Assembly (NCBI GenBank): GCA_949358305.1
Contig: OX442314.1
Coordinates: 5,394,001 to 5,458,000 of the forward strand
Length of the DNA stretch: 64,000 nucleotides
Direction of reading: 5' to 3'
Source: Strigamia acuminata
Taxonomy: Eukaryota
The notes under the pieces were generated by a model. It searched no databases. It saw only the letters and a program-made list of their open reading frames with translations, and had not been told where the DNA came from. Of this stretch, positions 61,177-64,000 are shown one piece after another (the stretch's first letter is position 1; each line of letters opens with the position of its first letter). The translations under genes and the position numbers were made by a program.

Positions 61177-63756
61177 TTACACTTTCAGTCTTTTGTAACA
61201 ATTTTTTTCGTACAACGGCAGTCCTACTTTAACTCTTTGGAGTAAAAGTTCCGGGACAAATGCAAATTTGAAAAAGTGCATTAACTGTTGGGTGCACTTA
61301 TGCCAAAAAAGGGGATCAGCAACAATCCTTTCCACATGGAGGTCAACTTCTGTAAAAATAGCAAAATCACACCATTTTCTTCCTGTTATTGCCATCTGTC
61401 CTTGAACCTAAGTTTAATAAAAAAAAAGTTTAAAAAAAATCATTCAGCTGTTGATAATTCAAAAATATTACCTGGTAATAGTAGGAATGATTTTTTTTAA
61501 GTGTAACAGTCCCATTTTGATCACAGGTGCAGCAAAATGATTTTGCTGCACATGAATCTCTAACTGTAAGTTTCTTTTTACTGTATGGACATTTTACTTC
61601 CAGCAGCCCTTCAGGTGGATTATGAGATGGATCATAAACCAATCTGTCAGGACTGCTAGCTAAAAATGGGAATATTTTGTCTAAGAATAATCCACATTCT
61701 GTTACTGTAAAATTATCAACATTTTTTCTAACTATATACATATTTACAGCTAGTTCTTCATTTTTTCTTCCATATTTGATGGCAGGTAGGTAACTCAGAT
61801 CTGTTCCATAGAGCAGAGTTTTCAACAAACTTTGTGGTTTCATGCATTTTATCATTTCTCCAAACTTGGAGGATGATAATTTGCCCTTTCTTTTTTCTAA
61901 CCACACATTGTTGTTACTCTGCCCTCTGGTTACAACTTCAGTGGATTTAATTTCTTCTTCTGTTAGTTGAGGATAATTATCAGATATATATTGACTAACA
62001 AGTAGCTGAAACTCAGCAGAAATAATATCATTGGGTATTCCTGTAACATAAAATAGTGTGTTTATAAATAAAGCTTATAAGTTAGAATTCATAATTACTC
62101 TACCTAATGTATTATCACAGCAAGTAGATTCAGCTTGACTTGTTAGAATAATGTTATTATCTGTAAATTTTGTAAAATTATTATTGTTTTGAGTTATCAG
62201 TTAAACAGAAAAATTAATAATTAAAATTAAAATTAATAATTTACCAGTACTCTGATTAATATCTCTATCGGACTGCTCATTTAATTCCTCTGTGTTGCCA
62301 TTGTTGTCATTAACAATACTTGTACACGGTGTTTCTATACTTGTACACGGTGTTTCTTCTACATTAGGGTTTCAAAAAAATATATTATTGATAAATTATT
62401 TTTTTTAAATAGCAAACCTAAATCGTAATAATGTTGAAAATAAGCACTTGTTGATTGGCAACGTTGAAATAATTTTAAACGTGCTTCTACATTCATTTGA
62501 TCCCGATGTTGCGGTGCTCTGGGATCATAGCAGTCTGTTGTAGGTTTTTTTGTTTTGGCACGTTTAACCTGGCCCTATAATAACAGGTAATTTTAATATT
62601 ATTGAAAAATAATTTAGAGGTCGTCCATAAGAGGGGGTTTCAAATTTTGTTACAGGTTGTTACGATGGAAAGGGGGGGCTTCTTAAAAATGTTACGTAAC
62701 AAAAAGTGAAAATTTTACTTTTATTGTTTCAATGTATTATTATTGTAAATTTTAAATTTTTGTAAAAAAATTTAAAATTTTTCAAAATTTTTTTTTTACA
62801 TTTTTGAAATTTTTTTTTCAATTTTTGAAATTTTGTTGAAATTTTTGTAAAAATTTTGTTGAAATTTTTGTAAAAATTTTTAAATTTTTGTAAACATTTT
62901 TTTAATTTTTGTAAAAAATTTTTAAATTTTTGTAAAAAATTTTAAGTTTTTGTAAAATTTTGTATTATAAGCTTGGATCAAAATTTTTTTTTTTTGGGGG
63001 GGGGGGGGGGGTGGTAAGTTTTGTTATGTAATATTCTAGGGGGGGGGTTTGTGGATTTGTTACGACCTTGTTACAGGGGGGGAGGGGGTCTAAAAATCTA
63101 AAAATCAGCATTACATAATTTATGGATGGCCCCTTATAAATAATTACAAAAGTACAAAAGTAAATCAAACCTGGTCATGTCTCTGAACTGTAAGTTCACT
63201 TATCCTCTTCCCAGTGCCACTGCCTGTTGGTGCAACCCACTTACATAAAAGCTCTGTACAGCTTTTATCATCAGGAATAATTTCAATTTTTTTTTCTAAA
63301 AGAAATGCTAAAACTTCCAGTATTCCTCCAATGTGATGGCAAGATCCTGATAATCTTTTAAAAATTAAAAAACAAGTTATTAAAATTATAATTAGAGAAA
63401 AAAGTAGCTTAAAAAACTTACCCAGCTGGACAAGAACAGTGTGCATCTAAAATTTTTTCATGTGTTAAAGACACACACACACTGTGGGGATGTGGTCTTT
63501 GTGATGGCAGGACATCACATTTAACTACAGCATTTATTTGCTCATGTGGATTGTGCAAAATTAAAATTTTTTTTACATATCCACCATATGCATATTTGTA
63601 CCTCTTTTCTGAATTAATGAGTAGAAATTTTTCAATCCATTCTTTATTTAATGGTGGAAAATTTAAAAGACTTTTCCCCCAAATACCCTGGAATGACTTT
63701 AATAAAAGTGCAGTTGGAATATTTATCAAAGTTGTCATCTTATTGTGAAATCCCAC
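61177..63756 (-). CDS. SWIM zinc finger + YqaJ (lambda-exonuclease-like) protein, multi-exon
   Basis: CSCPAG|LSGSCHH SWIM across an intron; WLEKRKGKLSSSKFG, YGRKNE, ASSPD, LEVKCP, YYYQ|VQGQMAITGRKWCDF. The start is uncertain. Confidence 0.82.
62617..63133. mobile_element. TTA-TSD MITE (Zator/Tourist-like) in an intron of the YqaJ gene
   Basis: Imperfect TIR gaggtcgtccataa/ttatggatggcccc, flanking tta, low-complexity core. Confidence 0.65.
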
Positions 63757-64000
63757 AAATGTAAGTTAGTAATTTTGTCTTCTAAAATGGTTCAGTGAAT
63801 TTGCAAACAGTGAATTTCTCAGATGTAAAATAACAAGACTTTCCTAGTTGAAGTAAAAATGTCAACTGATTTTATTCTATGTGAAAATCTGGTTATAACC
63901 AAAAAGGTGATAGTTTTCTCAGAAACGAGATCAAAAAGATAGAAAAGGGTTCAAAGAACTTTATACAATAAAAAAACGTCACTATATCTGGAGGCAGTTA

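Larger units (their letters stand above)
59373..64000. mobile_element. ISL2EU-like (PIF/Harbinger-related) DNA transposon; termini not seen
   Basis: Convergent THAP/DDE_Tnp_4 transposase gene and SWIM/YqaJ gene. Confidence 0.82.

Overview
AT-rich, intron-containing animal genomic DNA, probably arthropod (inferred from the TE content). The backbone is a cluster of four paralogous DEG/ENaC (ASIC/pickpocket-like) ion-channel genes, two on + and two on -. Each complete copy encodes TWO channel subunits fused head-to-tail in one polypeptide (TM1-ECD-TM2-TM1-ECD-TM2). All copies carry transposon insertions. These include a Copia element with an MBD-like domain in its pol, which is interrupted by a ~10-kb foldback element that itself holds an intact young Copia. 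Also present: a palindromic MITE with two convergent tRNA-Ser-derived units; a CAC-ended element with an adjacent inverted duplication; a decayed BEL/Pao element; a three-LTR tandem non-autonomous Gag-protease element; a 5'-truncated Copia; an ISL2EU-like DNA transposon (THAP-DDE transposase plus SWIM/YqaJ ORF); and many MITEs and minisatellites. Boundaries and exon models were read by eye.
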